A stretch of 64,000 bases of DNA from Mytilus californianus (GCF_021869535.1 NW_026262604.1:64852001-64916000), one strand, 5' to 3'. Counted from the stretch's first letter, positions 49,942 through 62,874 are shown. Notes: generated from the sequence alone by a model not told the origin. Numbers and translations are program-made.

Positions 49942-50986
49942 CTAAAAGGTAAAAGATGATAAAAAGAAACAGTTAAATACCAGTAACGAGGAAGCAACCT
50001 ATCAATAGTATGTGTGTTTGCTGTATATCAGTTCTTTCTTATTGTTCACGAGACAGTGTTGTTATTTTGTATCCAGATTTTTTTATAACCTCTCTGTAAC
50101 ACATGATAGTCAACATATTGGTCTATATAGAAACAAGATGCGGCACGATTGCCAGTAAAGACAACTTTCCAGCAAATACAAAAATGACGTTAAGATAGCA
50201 ACAATAATTCCTTATGGTAGAATTAAAAGAATTAGATATTTAGATATAAACTGTTCGGACGGGACTCTAATGGATCGGTAGTGTGTTGTCCTAGGTTTGG
50301 GTTCAATACAATCTTTTAATCAGACTCGCTGTTCTATTCGTCCAATTCGACTGGTAGGGGGGTTCCCCCCTCTCTCACTGGTAACCATGCGTAAAATGTC
50401 AACCCCTACCTTTACTTAAAGCGAATTTATTCGTCTAATTGTTGAAATATTAATACAAATATTTTAAAATCTGCCTTAAATCAAAATCATGACACTCGCG
50501 AAAAAAATAATGAATACAGTATTAAGTTACTTTATAGGTGTATTCAGAAATTTCGAAGACATATATGTCAATCCATATATAACAAAAGTGTTAGCAGATA
50601 TTCATTATCTTTCTCCAACAGAGAATATACAATTTTGATTTAATACTTAATGTAAAAAAGATGCACGTGTTGCATCATGCATGTCATTCACTTAGCAAAC
50701 GCTGAATTTTAATTTATATGTTAATCACATTGAATCCGTAAAGTAATACAATATTTGTTTAGAAATAACAAATCCAGCTTATAGAAAGGCAACAAAGACG
50801 CCATATTTTCTATATCGTTTATCCAGATACATATTAATAACAATAAAACAAGGAACAAATTAATATTTACAAATATTCCACTACTTTTGAAAGATATTAT
50901 ATTGTTGATCATTTACTGTTTCAAAGTTTGTGTAAGGTTTTTGTTTAAATAAAGACACACTTTTTAAAATCTCACTAATATAGTAA

Positions 50987-51153
50987 TTATTTTTCTTGTA
51001 TTCCTCTGTTCAGCGCATGCCTAGGTACAGGGTATGCATGACATACATGGGCTGTTGCTATGTAGTCCCCAACTGATTCGATCACTGATGTAATCACAGA
51101 AATCAAGAATCCAAGGAAAATTGCTGTGTTGAATTTAGGTGTTCCAAATTGAC
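50987..51153 (-). CDS. SLC23 exon lacking a donor, runs into TAA
   Basis: aatacag| GQFGTPKF...ESVGDY...HALNRGIQEK*. Confidence 0.85.
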
Positions 51154-51244
51154 CTGTATTTAAAAATAATAATAAGCATTTGATCATTTAAAAATATCTT
51201 CACTATTAATAATACTAAAGCAGATAGATTTAATGTCGGAAAAG

Positions 51245-51632
51245 GTGTCCCAGCCACCGGGGAAATAGAAATATGGTTACTTTGGTCTTCTTCCGAACGG
51301 CAGTAAAACACTAGCCTAAGTGGGGCGTATCAAGTACACAACCACGTCCGGTCCGAATGGGGACGTTAAATCCAATGCCTCCTGTAGAGGCAGTGTCCAT
51401 TCTCTGCACATTAGGAACCCTGCAAGAACTCGTTGAGAGGTGTGTTGCCAGGACAAATGTCTGTCCCTGTCCAATATATCCTCATTTTCCAGTTGCAGTC
51501 GAAATTTCCCCGACCTTCATCCCGGACGAACTCAATTAAAAGACCTACCTATTGTATTTATGGTTAATTTCTTTTCCTTCTGAACGTGCATGCAATATTT
51601 GCCACTGTACGTTAAGCAACCAACACCCAATC
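51245..51632 (+). mobile_element. SINE-like copy in SLC23 intron
   Basis: atggggacgttaaatcc core; ccactgtacgttaagcaacc end. Confidence 0.8.
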
Positions 51633-52554
51633 GAAAATTGTCAGATTCGGATAACACAATGTACGTATAATTCACACTGCATTCCTTCCATGACTAAATA
51701 TAGTAAATATAGGGTTTTTTGTATTTGTTATTGACTCTATTACGGTGAAATATCAGATTATATCGAAACATAAACTCGTTTCTTTTTATCCCTAAAGACA
51801 AACATACCTCAAATATAGAGAAAATGACAAACGAACAACTTATCTGTGTCGAATATAACCTGACAACAATTAACGTATCTGTGTCGAATCTAACATGACG
51901 ATTTTACTGCAGTGAAAAAAAAATTATTCCCCTAGCAAAGAATAGGAAATTGATATTTCTTTGATTCCATCACATGAATTTCGCAATTAACCTGCATAGA
52001 ACAAAGAAGAATATTGTTTATGTTCAAAAATTGTTAAGTCATGCTACTTATCCCCCCCCCCCCCCCCAAAAAAAAAAAAAAACATTCATTGTGTGAATTA
52101 TGCATTCGCGCAAGCATACCCGACCAATCTTATGATGCGGATATCAGTCAGTTCGGACAAAAGTGGGAAAATGTATTAATTAAGGAGAAATAAAGCTGCT
52201 TTCAGGCAGCACCTGGTAATTAAGTCTATAGCTCCCATTTGATCTCACATAGGCTTCCGATACCTAGCATGGTAAGTAAGTAGAAATTGATTTAATTTTA
52301 GATAAATAGACATCACGATTTCGTTGACACTAATTAGATAATTTTGTCGGAAATGTTTAAATAATGGAAGCCGAATTCCCCATTTACGAGACAGCTTATT
52401 TTCCCCTGAAATAAGAATCCACCAGTTTCAGTTTCCACTGGAGGAAATCCAATTGAAATTGACTTAGGTTCACCATTTTGGTCAATCCAAATATTACTTT
52501 GTATTATTTCGTTAACTGGTGTTTGTCTATTGAGCACAACTTAATACCTGTTAC

Positions 52555-52990
52555 ATGTGGAGCAGGATCTGCTTACCCTTCCGGAGCACTTGAGATCACC
52601 CCCAGTTTTTGGTGGGGTTCGTGTTGCTGTTGTACCCCTATTTGTGACATTTTTACCTATTGTGTCTGTTTGTTATGTTCACACATCGTTGTCAATATAA
52701 TGGAATTTGATGCGACTGTCATACAAGTGAGAGGTTTAGCTAGCTTTGAAACCAGGTTTAACCCACCATTTTTTTCTTAAAAAGTCCTGTACCAAGTCAG
52801 AAAAATGGCCATTGTTATACTATAGTTCGTTTCTGTGTGTGTTACATTTTAATGTTGTGTTTCTGTTGTGTCGTAGTTCTCCTCTTATATTTGATGTGTT
52901 TCCCTCAGTTTTAGTTTGTAACCCGGATTTGTTTTTTTTCTCAATCTATTTATGAATTTCGAACAGCGGTATACTACTGTTGCCTTTATT
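52555..52990 (+). repeat. PLE-associated pseudo-LTR-type module; related inverted copy at about 61735-62035
   Basis: aaaccaggtttaacccacc...cctgtaccaagtcag...gaacagcggtatactactgttgcctttatt found on both strands. Confidence 0.8.
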
Positions 52991-53002
52991 TACATATAAT
53001 AC

Positions 53003-53159
53003 CTGGATAAGGAAAAAGAATCCAAGGCGTGTCTTGTATAAATTTGTGTCTAACATCTGTCCTTGCTTTGAACGATAAATCATCGGGGTCATTAGAAAAT
53101 ACATTTAGCTTTGTACATACAGCGCACACAACCGACATTATTATTAGAGTGAAAAGAAC
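53003..53159 (-). CDS. SLC23 exon
   Basis: tttttacag| VLFTLIIMS...KARTDVR...TPWILFPYP G|GTATTA. Confidence 0.9.
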
Positions 53160-53916
53160 CTGTAAAAAGATAGATACTTTATTCCCTAAAACCAATTAAC
53201 AAAGGTACACAGAGAGGAACACAATAATTTAACACACAATGCTTAAGGTGATACATGGAATACATTTATACAAAAGACAATCCATATTTTTTCTTTTAAA
53301 TAAAATAAATTAAAAAAATGAAATAAAAGAAATATTTTAAATAGAAAGTAGGAAATATTAGGTTTGCAAAACATGTATAAATGAATATAACACAAATCCA
53401 AAGAATCGGCAAACAGGAAGTAGGTGTCGGACAAATCCGAAAATGACAAATTATGTAACATGTGTAATGAGGTAAACAATACGTGTGGTTGGTATGTTCA
53501 AATAAATCACAACACATGAACATCAGAGATTTGTAGGATAAAAACTGCAAGCCATAATAGACACAAAAAGGATGTCGGAGATAAAAATGTTCCGATTGTA
53601 ATTATTAAGCTCCCAAAATATTTTCATTAAAATTATCATATTGTTTAATATCTTGCAAGCCATAATAGATACAGAAAAAATGACATTAAAACAAGTGTGT
53701 CGATTGTCATAATTCGGTACTGACATGATTTATAACATACTTTTCTAAAATTGTCCGTTTATACATTTTGAAATTATTTAGAAAATAAGGTTTCAACTCC
53801 CTCGCGCAAAGTTGACCTTAGATGGATTTGGCTATTTTTTATGTCCTTTTTAGTCGTATAGTTCTTCAACTGTTTCGGTTCTTACTCATCCTTGGTTTTC
53901 AAATATTTGGCATTGA

Positions 53917-53958
53917 GCGTTCCTGATGAAGGTAAATCCAGAAAAGCGCTTCGGACGC
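53917..53958 (+). ncRNA. Minimal type-I hammerhead ribozyme motif
   Basis: Helix I GCGUUC/GGACGC; core CUGAUGA (53923-53929) and GAAA (53941-53944); helix III A-GCGC-U with UUC cleavage triplet ending at 53952; helix II GG-UAAAU-CC with non-canonical A/A closure. Confidence 0.7.
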
Positions 53959-54041
53959 ATGAAATTTATAACGTGTTGTTTTCATTGTTTTCTACTTATT
54001 CAAATTGTCAGAAGATCTCTTTACGAATTTATTTCCATGGA

Positions 54042-54240
54042 CCGATTGATTGATTGTTCGTTACTTAACGGTCTGTGGCAAATATGTCATGTGTGTTCAG
54101 AACGAGATCAAATTAACAATAAATTCAATCGGTGAGTCCTTTGCTAGAGGCCGTCCGGGATGATGGTCGGAGAAATTGCCAATAAAATTGAGGGCAGATT
54201 TGATAGGGACACACATTTTGCAACAGGCCAAGCTTGTTTA
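54042..54240 (-). mobile_element. Partial SINE-like copy
   Basis: (ATTG)n tail, gggatgatggtcggagaaatt, gcaacaggcc. Confidence 0.65.
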
Positions 54241-54675
54241 CGGTTTGACCTATCATTGATCGACAAAAACTGTACAGAGCAAACTTCTGCAATCAAGGCA
54301 ATATACTTTGAAATCAAATTCGTTTCATGCCGCAACTGTATGTTTGTTCTTAAATAACCATTTTACCTAGTATAATCCTTTACTTCAAAAATCTGTGGAC
54401 ATTTATGCACAATTTTATCCGAAAAATTGAATAAAAGTTGATCCACCATTTTCTACATGAGGAAATGCCTATACCAAGTTTTGATTTTGCCATTTGATAA
54501 GGGACTTTCCGTTCTGAATTTTCCTTGGAGTTTGTTTTTTATACATGTGTCTAACTTAAAAAAAAATCAATTTATCAACGCATGTTTCACTCGTTGACAC
54601 ATATCCGTACTGGGTATTTTATTTATCAATTTTTGGACTCATAACTGAAATTGTACTTCAGTAATATTTACCTAC

Positions 54676-54782
54676 CGGAAATACTTGAAAAACCGGATAT
54701 GGCTTTGATTTCTTCTCTGACTTCCGATTGCAGTTTAATGTGCGACATGTACACAGAAAACAAAATAGTGATTCCGCAACCA
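54676..54782 (-). CDS. SLC23 exon with frameshift
   Basis: 107 nt; GCGITILFSVYMSHIKL in one frame and KPYPVFQVFP in another. Confidence 0.75.
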
Positions 54783-55052
54783 CTGAAGGAAATAAAGAAA
54801 AACAAATTTGTTACTCAATGATGTTATAATTTTGAAGAGACAACTAGAATACTTGCGATAAAACCATTTTCTTATATAAATTGGAAAAAAGTGTCTCCTA
54901 TATTTTTAATTTAAGATATCATTTTTTGACAGTGTCTATTGATAAGATCATTGCATATTATTTTTCTATAGATGAAGTTTATAAATTTACTTTATTTTTT
55001 TTCTAATGATGACGAAGCATTAAATTAATATAATGATATATTTTACACATAC

Positions 55053-55234
55053 ACAAGCGATATACCCCAGTGTGCTTTACAGAGGAAAATAGCTACAGGA
55101 TACAGTGAGTATCCTAAGCAGAAGAGTGTTACTCCAATCGCGATTTGTGATATAAATCTCATCAAAAGGCCAATTAATCCGGTTAATCCAATTGCAACTT
55201 CAAACAAAGAGGCAGCTATCAGGCTTCCTTGAAG
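55053..55234 (-). CDS. SLC23 exon
   Basis: atttcag| LQGSLIAASLFEVAIGLTGLIG...AHWGISL |GTATGT. Confidence 0.92.
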
Positions 55235-55349
55235 CTGAAATATCAAAACAACCATATACCAAAGCAATACACGTAGCTTTAATACTTTACCTACTTTTTG
55301 GTTTGATCTGCTCTTCAAAGTTTGTATATTTTTTTTATTTTCAACTATT

Positions 55350-55403
55350 TTGGCATTGAGCATCATTGAAGAGACATTATCTGTCGTCTCGCGCATCCCT
55401 TGC
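55350..55403 (+). ncRNA. Decayed hammerhead-like motif
   Basis: Same tttggcattgagc leader as 53907; tUGAAGA-GAC-loop-GUC; GAAA replaced by GUCU; cgcgcatc. Confidence 0.45.
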
Positions 55404-56996
55404 TTTAAATTTAAACCATTTATGTTTTGACACAATAACTGACACAATAACCAGCTGGTACATACATTTATAACTGTGTTGATGTCCTATTTGTAGTACA
55501 TTTGTACTACAATGATCGTTATTGTCAACAGCCGAATGCGAAATTATACATATGCTTCCCTATGTGTTAACGAATCTTACTAGATGAATTGGTATATTAG
55601 GTCTTTTGTTTATTTTGTCATATGGCATATTTTTTTGTGAGTTACCATTTGATACATTTATAATTTTCACCATTCAAAATCAACTAGCTATAAACCCCGG
55701 TTTAATCCACCATTTTCTACACAAGGAAATGCCTGCACCAAGTCAGAAATATTATTATTTGAGATTTTGGTTTTGCCATTTGAGAAGGGACTTTCAATTT
55801 TGAATTGTCCTTGAAGTTCGGTATTTTTGTTATTTTACTTTTCTGTTAACCATAAAAGTCTTCTGAGGAATTCCAAATTTCAATAGTTTTTTAGAACACA
55901 AACTAAATTTTAAAACCATACAAAGTTCATCCGGAACACACAATAGTGTACCTGCACAAGAACCATTACACAATACATCATTACACCATACACGTGTTAT
56001 TGGGAAGTGTTTTTAAATAAACCGAACATATCTAATATACGGCTTGTAAAGAATCTGTAGTCTAGTGCTTGTAGTCATTCTGTAATGTTTGATTGAAATC
56101 GATTGACTGGTTGATTTGTTATTGCTTTAAGCCGCATAAGCGGCGAGAGCTATTTCAAATATTATATCAAGATGTTTTTAAAAAGCAGACAAAAAGTCTT
56201 TCACTTTGCTTAAACTTAAGTTTAAAGCAAAATTACTTATTTACAGATAACAGTTCACCAATGAGATAACGTGATAAAAACTTAAAATCAACTTACACTA
56301 GTCTTTTTGGAGCCCTTTATAGCTTGTTGTTCGGTGTGAGCCAAGGCTCCGTGTTGAAGGCCGTACTTTAACCTATAATTGTTTACTTTTTACACATTGT
56401 GACTTGGATGGATAATTGTCTCATTGTACATTTACCGATTGTGTAATATTCCCTTATGTGACAATTTGACGACTGTTTATTCGTATGAAGGCTTAATCAT
56501 GTATATGAGACTCTTATCCTGTCTTTCTCCGTTTTGAGTTCATGCGATTCTCTCGGGTTTTGTTTACTATTGATTTTATAAACTTTTCATGGATGTACGA
56601 TATTTGAAATTCAATAAACTAAGTTTATCATCGGATGGCGATATAAATAGAAATTATCGTATAGTTACAGATGTTTTATGAAAAGAGTAAAAAGATTATA
56701 ATTTATTTTTCGGACAAGGTACAAGCACTTGTCAAATGAAAGCGGCTGCTTTAATACGGGTTGATGTGCGTTATGTAAGGCTTCAAATAAGACAGAGTAT
56801 AGGACGTATTTATTCATCTTGCACACACCAAAACAAGAGTCCTTGGGAAAATTCTGTCAAAAGCTTGGCACAACTTTCACACTGGGATATAATGTACCAT
56901 TCTTAAGTTTAATGACAATTATCAGTTCTACTCGATAAAAATCATAAAGAATTTGTTAAAAAATCAAAATGTTTAAAAAGGGTAAAATATACTTAC

Positions 56997-57076
56997 CTCT
57001 GTTAATCTACCGTAAACAATATTTGTCGTCAATGAATGCGACACGTTGCTTGCTGTTAAATTGGTCATGTTACTTT
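56997..57076 (-). CDS. SLC23 exon
   Basis: gttttcag| SNMTNLTAS...YGRLTE |GTAAGT; phase 0 into LQGS. Confidence 0.75.
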
Positions 57077-59639
57077 CTGAAAACAAGATATTAATAGTTA
57101 AGGCATGAAAATGTTTAAAAAGTTAACTTTGTTTTTGATTGATTGTGGTTGAGGATACCTGGTGTTACTTACCATGCTTAACATGGAACATGGAACAAGT
57201 AGTATTCATACTTTTATTATTTCATAAAATATCGATGGGTTTGTCCAAATAATGTGTAACCATAGCAACAAAGTTTGTAACAACTTTATTCAATATTAAA
57301 GTCTAAATGCATCTAATTATGATTTATTTAAGCTAGTCACATTAGAGTGTTGTCAATTATTCCCATTTTTGCCATGAAACAATTACATAGCAACCAAACA
57401 AAATGTCTTTAGCAACCATAATGAACAAACTAAAAATTGTGTTTTTTTTTATATAAAAATATTGTGCAGTGCAATATCTGACAATACAATTAAGAGGTCA
57501 GATATCAATCATGTAAATATAGAATAAGTAAATAAAACAATATCTACATTTTATTAGCATCAACTTTAGCCTCCTAGTAACAGAATAGATTCCCTTCATG
57601 CCAATGAATAAAAAAACAAAAAAATAAAAATAATGATAATAGAATAGTATAACTCTACCAATATATTTTTTTTTATGTAAAGTGCTGTTTTAATTAAAAT
57701 CGAGGTAAAGCCATTATAAAGTATGTGATGAGTTCTCATCATCCCTTCCCATTTTACTGATAACTGGGTATTCAAAGTCCATGGCTATCTTTAAAGAATT
57801 CATTTGCGGTCATTTAAAGCTGACTGTACATTTTAGGTTTTGCTCATTGATCAATGCCGTGCAGTGACCTTTACTAGGATTTACTTACAAAATGTAAATT
57901 TGTATAATTTGGACTCTGTTGGATACTAATCTCATTGACAATCATTATGATACCAAATCTCCTTACTTATATTGTGGTATGCACTTGTATGCTCTTATTA
58001 TGTTGGAACAAATTCATGGCAATATATCTTATACTCTAAAAGTACTGATTTAAGACAAACTCATTTCCATGTTCAGCATATGCAGTTAATAGCACAACAT
58101 CTTGGTCAAAAACCCAATTTGGCATATAATTCAAAAAGTGTAGGTCATAATAAACACGCAACAAGCTTCAAACTACAAGAAAAACAAGAAAAAACAATCA
58201 GAAATTATCGCATTCATTTAGCATTGTGCTTTTTAATTACAAAATGTACTTACCAAAATTAGAGACTAACTTATGCTAATCCAGGAATAGCTACATCTAA
58301 ATATATTTATCTTATTTCAGTTGAGAGTTCTTATTATTGTGAATCTCAACTATTCAAATTTGTAAACCTTACATAGAGGTAATTCAGAATTTACAGTATT
58401 CAAATTGTTCAGGTCATTTTATATTTATAATGAATTTATATTTTGTCTGTATTTCAGATCGAATATATCTGTTCTTCAAGTTCTTAACATGTTAAATGCA
58501 ATTTCTCCAAGAATACATACTAATTTGTCATTGTTCTCTACGCTTATGTTGGTCAATTTGAAGGCATGCCTTTTCAAAATGTCCGTGTGTAGCAATGCTA
58601 CAAACCATTCCTTCAAAAATTTTGATCTTCCTTCTTAAGTGCGCAAGGTTGGCATCACAATATGATTTGCCTGATTGAACTTTGGTGAAGTCGAATCTTT
58701 AATCGTCAATCCTGCAATAATATGAAATTCCAGTAAAAACCAAAATTATTTACCAATTTATTCATAGTTCATGTTAATAATTTTTGTTCAATGACATGTT
58801 TTGGGTGTCAGATTGAAATATTTATGATGAAAGTTAAAAAAAAAAATACTAAGAAAACGACACTTAGATTTGGTAGATGTTAGTGGACACTTGGACCTTT
58901 ATAATAATTTATGTTTCAGTCCAAGATGGAAGACGTATACCAGTAATTTGATCAGCGCTCTTCATTCACTTTTCAAAATGATAAAAGTATTTCTTTTCAA
59001 TTTCGTCACTAAGATATGTAAAAGTGAAAAAATAAAATGTTGACACAGAGATCAGTTTTGCCTGTATGTAAATTTGATAGAAAAATGTAAATATTAAAAT
59101 TAAAATAGCAATACTTTGGAATATAAATTATGCAAAATATTCAAAGTAATTGAACCATTACTGAAGGTAAAGGGCCTAAACATGTCTGTGGAAATAAGAA
59201 ATGGCAATGCTAAATACAACTGCATACCAAATATCATTGACTCATTAAGTGGTTCCCATTTATCTGATCTATTCACAAACTTTAAAATGTAAACTATGCT
59301 AATGTCCAAGGTCATTAGACCATGACTAAGATAATAGGGCCAAATAATCTCCATTGATATGAGATATCATTAATTTACCATTAGTAGTCCCCCTTAAACT
59401 GACCTAATCACAATTATTAACGCCACCTCCAGGTTTGTGAGTGGGATAAGGGCATGTATAATTTTTTTGCAAGCAAAAAAAAAGTCTTGAAGTTGTTAAA
59501 GACATAGGGTACCCTCCTGTCATTGCCAAAATGTTATCCAAGTTGCTCCAGCAGAAAATGTAGGTCATATTGACCTAATACCTGTTGTAACATATATTTA
59601 TATATATCCTATTTCAGAAGATGATTTCAACAAAGTTTA

Positions 59640-60150
59640 ATTTTAAACCCTTTGGACCTTAATGTGGACCAGTTTGATAATGGAGCCAAACATCCAAAAT
59701 CTGAATACATGGTTAGAGTCATTATATCAATGAACCCCATATATTTATTTATTTCTAAATCAAACAAAGGTTATTTTTTTACCCCAACTTGGACAAACTT
59801 GCAAACCTGGCAAATAATCAAAAATCTAAACACATGTTTTAGCAAGATACATGGTTAGATTCAGCATATCAAAGAATCCTAAGAATTCATTTTTTGTTAA
59901 TATCAAACAAAGTTGAATTTTGGACAATTGGACCTTAATGTGGACCAATTTGAAAACCGGGCCAAAAATCTAAAATCTAAATACACGTGTAGATTCAGCA
60001 TATCAAAGAACCCAAGAATTCATTTTTTGTTTAAACCAAACAAAGTAATTTTGGATCCTTTGAGCATCACTGTGAACCAATTTAATAATGGGCCCAAAAT
60101 AAAAAATCTCAGAACATGGTTAGATTCAGCATAGATGTATTCAAGAACCC
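59640..60150. repeat. Diverged tandem repeats of about 135 bp within a probable HINE-type element
   Basis: acatggttagattcagcat...aagaattca at about 59850, 59985 and 60115; ttggaccttaatgtggacca twice. Confidence 0.65.
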
Positions 60151-62149
60151 CAAGAATTAAACACTATTGAAATTGGTCAAGAAGTAAACAATTTATACAA
60201 TGTATTAGAAAAGTATCGTTTCTGACACCTTTTTCCTATACATTAAGGCCCATGATCCCTAAATCAATCTCAACCTTCCTTTATTTTGTATGGAACCTTC
60301 TGACACAATTTCATAGAGACCCATTGACCTATACTCAAGTAATTTTCCGGAGACCAAAAAATCCTTTTTTTTCCCCTTTTTGACCTAAACGGTTTTGGCC
60401 ATGACCCCTTATAGCAATCACAACTTCCATTTTGATATATGGAATCTTTCGATTAAATTTCACGGAAATCCATACACCTATACACAAGTTATTGTCCTGG
60501 AATTAAAAACGCTAGTTTTTGACTCCTGATTATCAAACAGCTGGGGCAATAACCCCCAAAATGAATCACGTCATAACATTAAATAAGCATATATATTATG
60601 TATAAACTGACCCTATATTTTATGATTAAACATGGCTACAATAAACCCTAAAGTTTTTATTTCCATTATTTCATAGCGTCGATTAGCACCGTATATTCCT
60701 CCCATTTAGCCAATAATATAAGGTATGGTAAAAAAAAACATAAAACATATTTCTACTATATTACCTACCTTAATTTGTTTAAGGCCTAATAAAATACAAA
60801 TGTGCCTCCGATAACCTTACCTACATGCTGCCCTTAAAATATTTTGTAGGTTTTGAATTATCACTATTTATATTAAGTCAAATTGGTTCCCCTCTTTTAA
60901 CCAGTATATTTTTTTTTAAATACAGATATATTCCTACATATCTACATCAGGGCCTCCAAAATTATTATTAGCCAGCCGAACATTTTATATATTATCCCGA
61001 TTTTAATCCCTTAAGACAAAATAAACAAAAGGCAATTATGGTAATCAGTTGCCGAGTTGGCCATCCCAATGATTGACATTAAACAAAAACGATATTAAAC
61101 TTTCTTTGATTCAAATTCGAAGTTCTGACGTAAACTGTTAAATTGGCAGTGCATCATTCGAAGTGTGCAACATCAGCGTACTTATATCTGCCTTAGACTC
61201 TTTATTTGTGTAAAATAACGTTGTCAAAAACTACTTTCGTTTTTAAATCTAATACCGGATGTTATCTTGACAATGGTAAAACATGGACCAGAGAGGGATA
61301 CGTAAATTCCGTGTACGTTTGCAAAGCATGAATGAGTGTAAGTGGCTCTTTCTACGTTATTTCTTTAAGAAAATATTCGAAATAAACGTGAGTTAAAGGT
61401 ATCAATGACAATTTCAGCATTTTTTTTTAAGAAATTAGGATGCATAATTAAATTTCACACCTGCGCACTTGCGCACACGTGTACTAGTTCTAACAGAGAC
61501 ATGTCTCTGGTTCAAACAACGTGGTTATGACGATTTTTCATTTTCACCTTTTTACTTTTTTCATCAAATCATATTTGTAAACGTATTTCTGATAATTTAA
61601 ATCTGTTTGACTAAATTAATTAGATGCAAACCGCTGAAATGTTAGACAATAACTTTGAATAGACCGATCAATGTCCGGTTCAAAATAGTTTACCTGTCAC
61701 CTGAACAGGTAAATTTCAGCTGTTCGACAACTATTTAGCCTTGATTAAATAAAGGCAACAGTAGTATACCGCTGTTCGAAACTCATAAATCGATAGAGAT
61801 AAAAACAAATCCGGGTTACAAACTAAAACTGAGGGAAACGCATCAAATATAAGAGGAGAACAACGACACAACAAAAACACAACATTAAAATGTAACACAC
61901 ACAGAAACGAAATATAATATAACAATGGCCATTTCCCTGACTTGGTACAGGACATTTTAAGAAAAAAAAAGGTGGGTTGAACCTGGTTTTGTGGCATGCC
62001 AAACCTCCCGCTTTTATGGCAACGTCAAACACAACACAAAAACGACAACATCACATGACAGGACCACAACACAAATAAATGGGAGAACATATAGGACAAA
62101 GAAAAACACGAATAATAGCTAACAAAAGGTACTAGGCTTAAAATTCAAT

Positions 62150-62193
62150 ACGCCAGACGTGCGTCTCGTCGACACAAGACCAACCAGTGACGG
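62150..62193 (-). ncRNA. Decayed type-I hammerhead motif
   Basis: Minus strand cgtca-CTGGTTG-gtc ttgtgtc gac-GAGA-cgcacGTC-tggcgt; helices retained, core mutated. Confidence 0.55.
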
Positions 62194-62783
62194 TCAGATG
62201 AAAAAAGTTTGAAAGTCAAAACAAGTACAAAGCTGAAGAAATGAGAAGGTATTAAAGTAGGGATTGTTTTGATAGTACTTAATGATCATGTCACTTTTAT
62301 GACCGGAAATGTGTGGCTGTTAAAGGCAAAAGGTTGGGTCAAAGAGATCGCGAATTATGTTAAAATGACCATCTTTTAAGAAAGCCTTGAAAACTAAAAA
62401 GTAGATGACCGTTTCACGCTTTGCCCAGCCGGACTTTTACCGGACATTATACAAATGTCCGGAATATATGACCGTTTTGGAAGCCTTGATTCTACATACC
62501 GAATTTTTTTCATCATGCAAGATGAAACACATGTGTGAATGTTTAGGCCTATATGCATCATGATGCAAGAAACCATAAACATTTGCTAAAGCATACATGT
62601 GAACCTTCCGTTGGAAGGACACTTATCCTGTTGTCAGGGGTCTCCTTCCGTTTAGTTAATACTAAATTTTTTTGGCATTATCACCATCACTTTTCGCATA
62701 CATGGTTTACCAATTAATTTATAAAAAATGAGAAAAAAAAAAAACAGTTAACTTCTTTTCAATCGGACAAAAATAATTTTTTT

Positions 62784-62843
62784 GCAGCTTGGCTCCTTTG
62801 GTCTGATTTGTTGTAACAAATCAGATCAAAGGAGCAAAGCTGC
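62784..62843. repeat. 60-nt near-perfect hairpin
   Basis: 29-bp arms, 2-nt loop, one G-A mismatch and one G-U pair. Confidence 0.85.
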
Positions 62844-62874
62844 GAAAATAAATTCCCTCTTTTCTTTTTGCCCC

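Larger units (their letters stand above)
44301..57076 (-). pseudogene. SLC23A: SLC23-family nucleobase/ascorbate transporter, probably disrupted; 5' exons not found
   Basis: Exons 57076-56997, 55234-55053, 54782-54676, 53159-53003, 51153-50987, 49941-49668, 45390-45295, 44548-44301. Family motifs LQGSLIAAS, HWGI, ARTD...PWILFPYPGQFG, ESVGDY...HALNRGI, VPDPVLGG, SSRNL, DNTVRG. Two lesions are described in the findings. Confidence 0.85.

Noticed and set aside
52053-52082. C15-A14 homopolymer junction
   Set aside because: Simple sequence with no associated structure.
55920-55975. GTLLCVPDELC as an SLC23 TM1-like exon
   Set aside because: Wrong order relative to confirmed exons, and the flanking exons already join in phase.
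58915-58960. QITGIRLP as a 5' SLC23 exon
   Set aside because: Short, bounded by stops, with no suitable splice sites.
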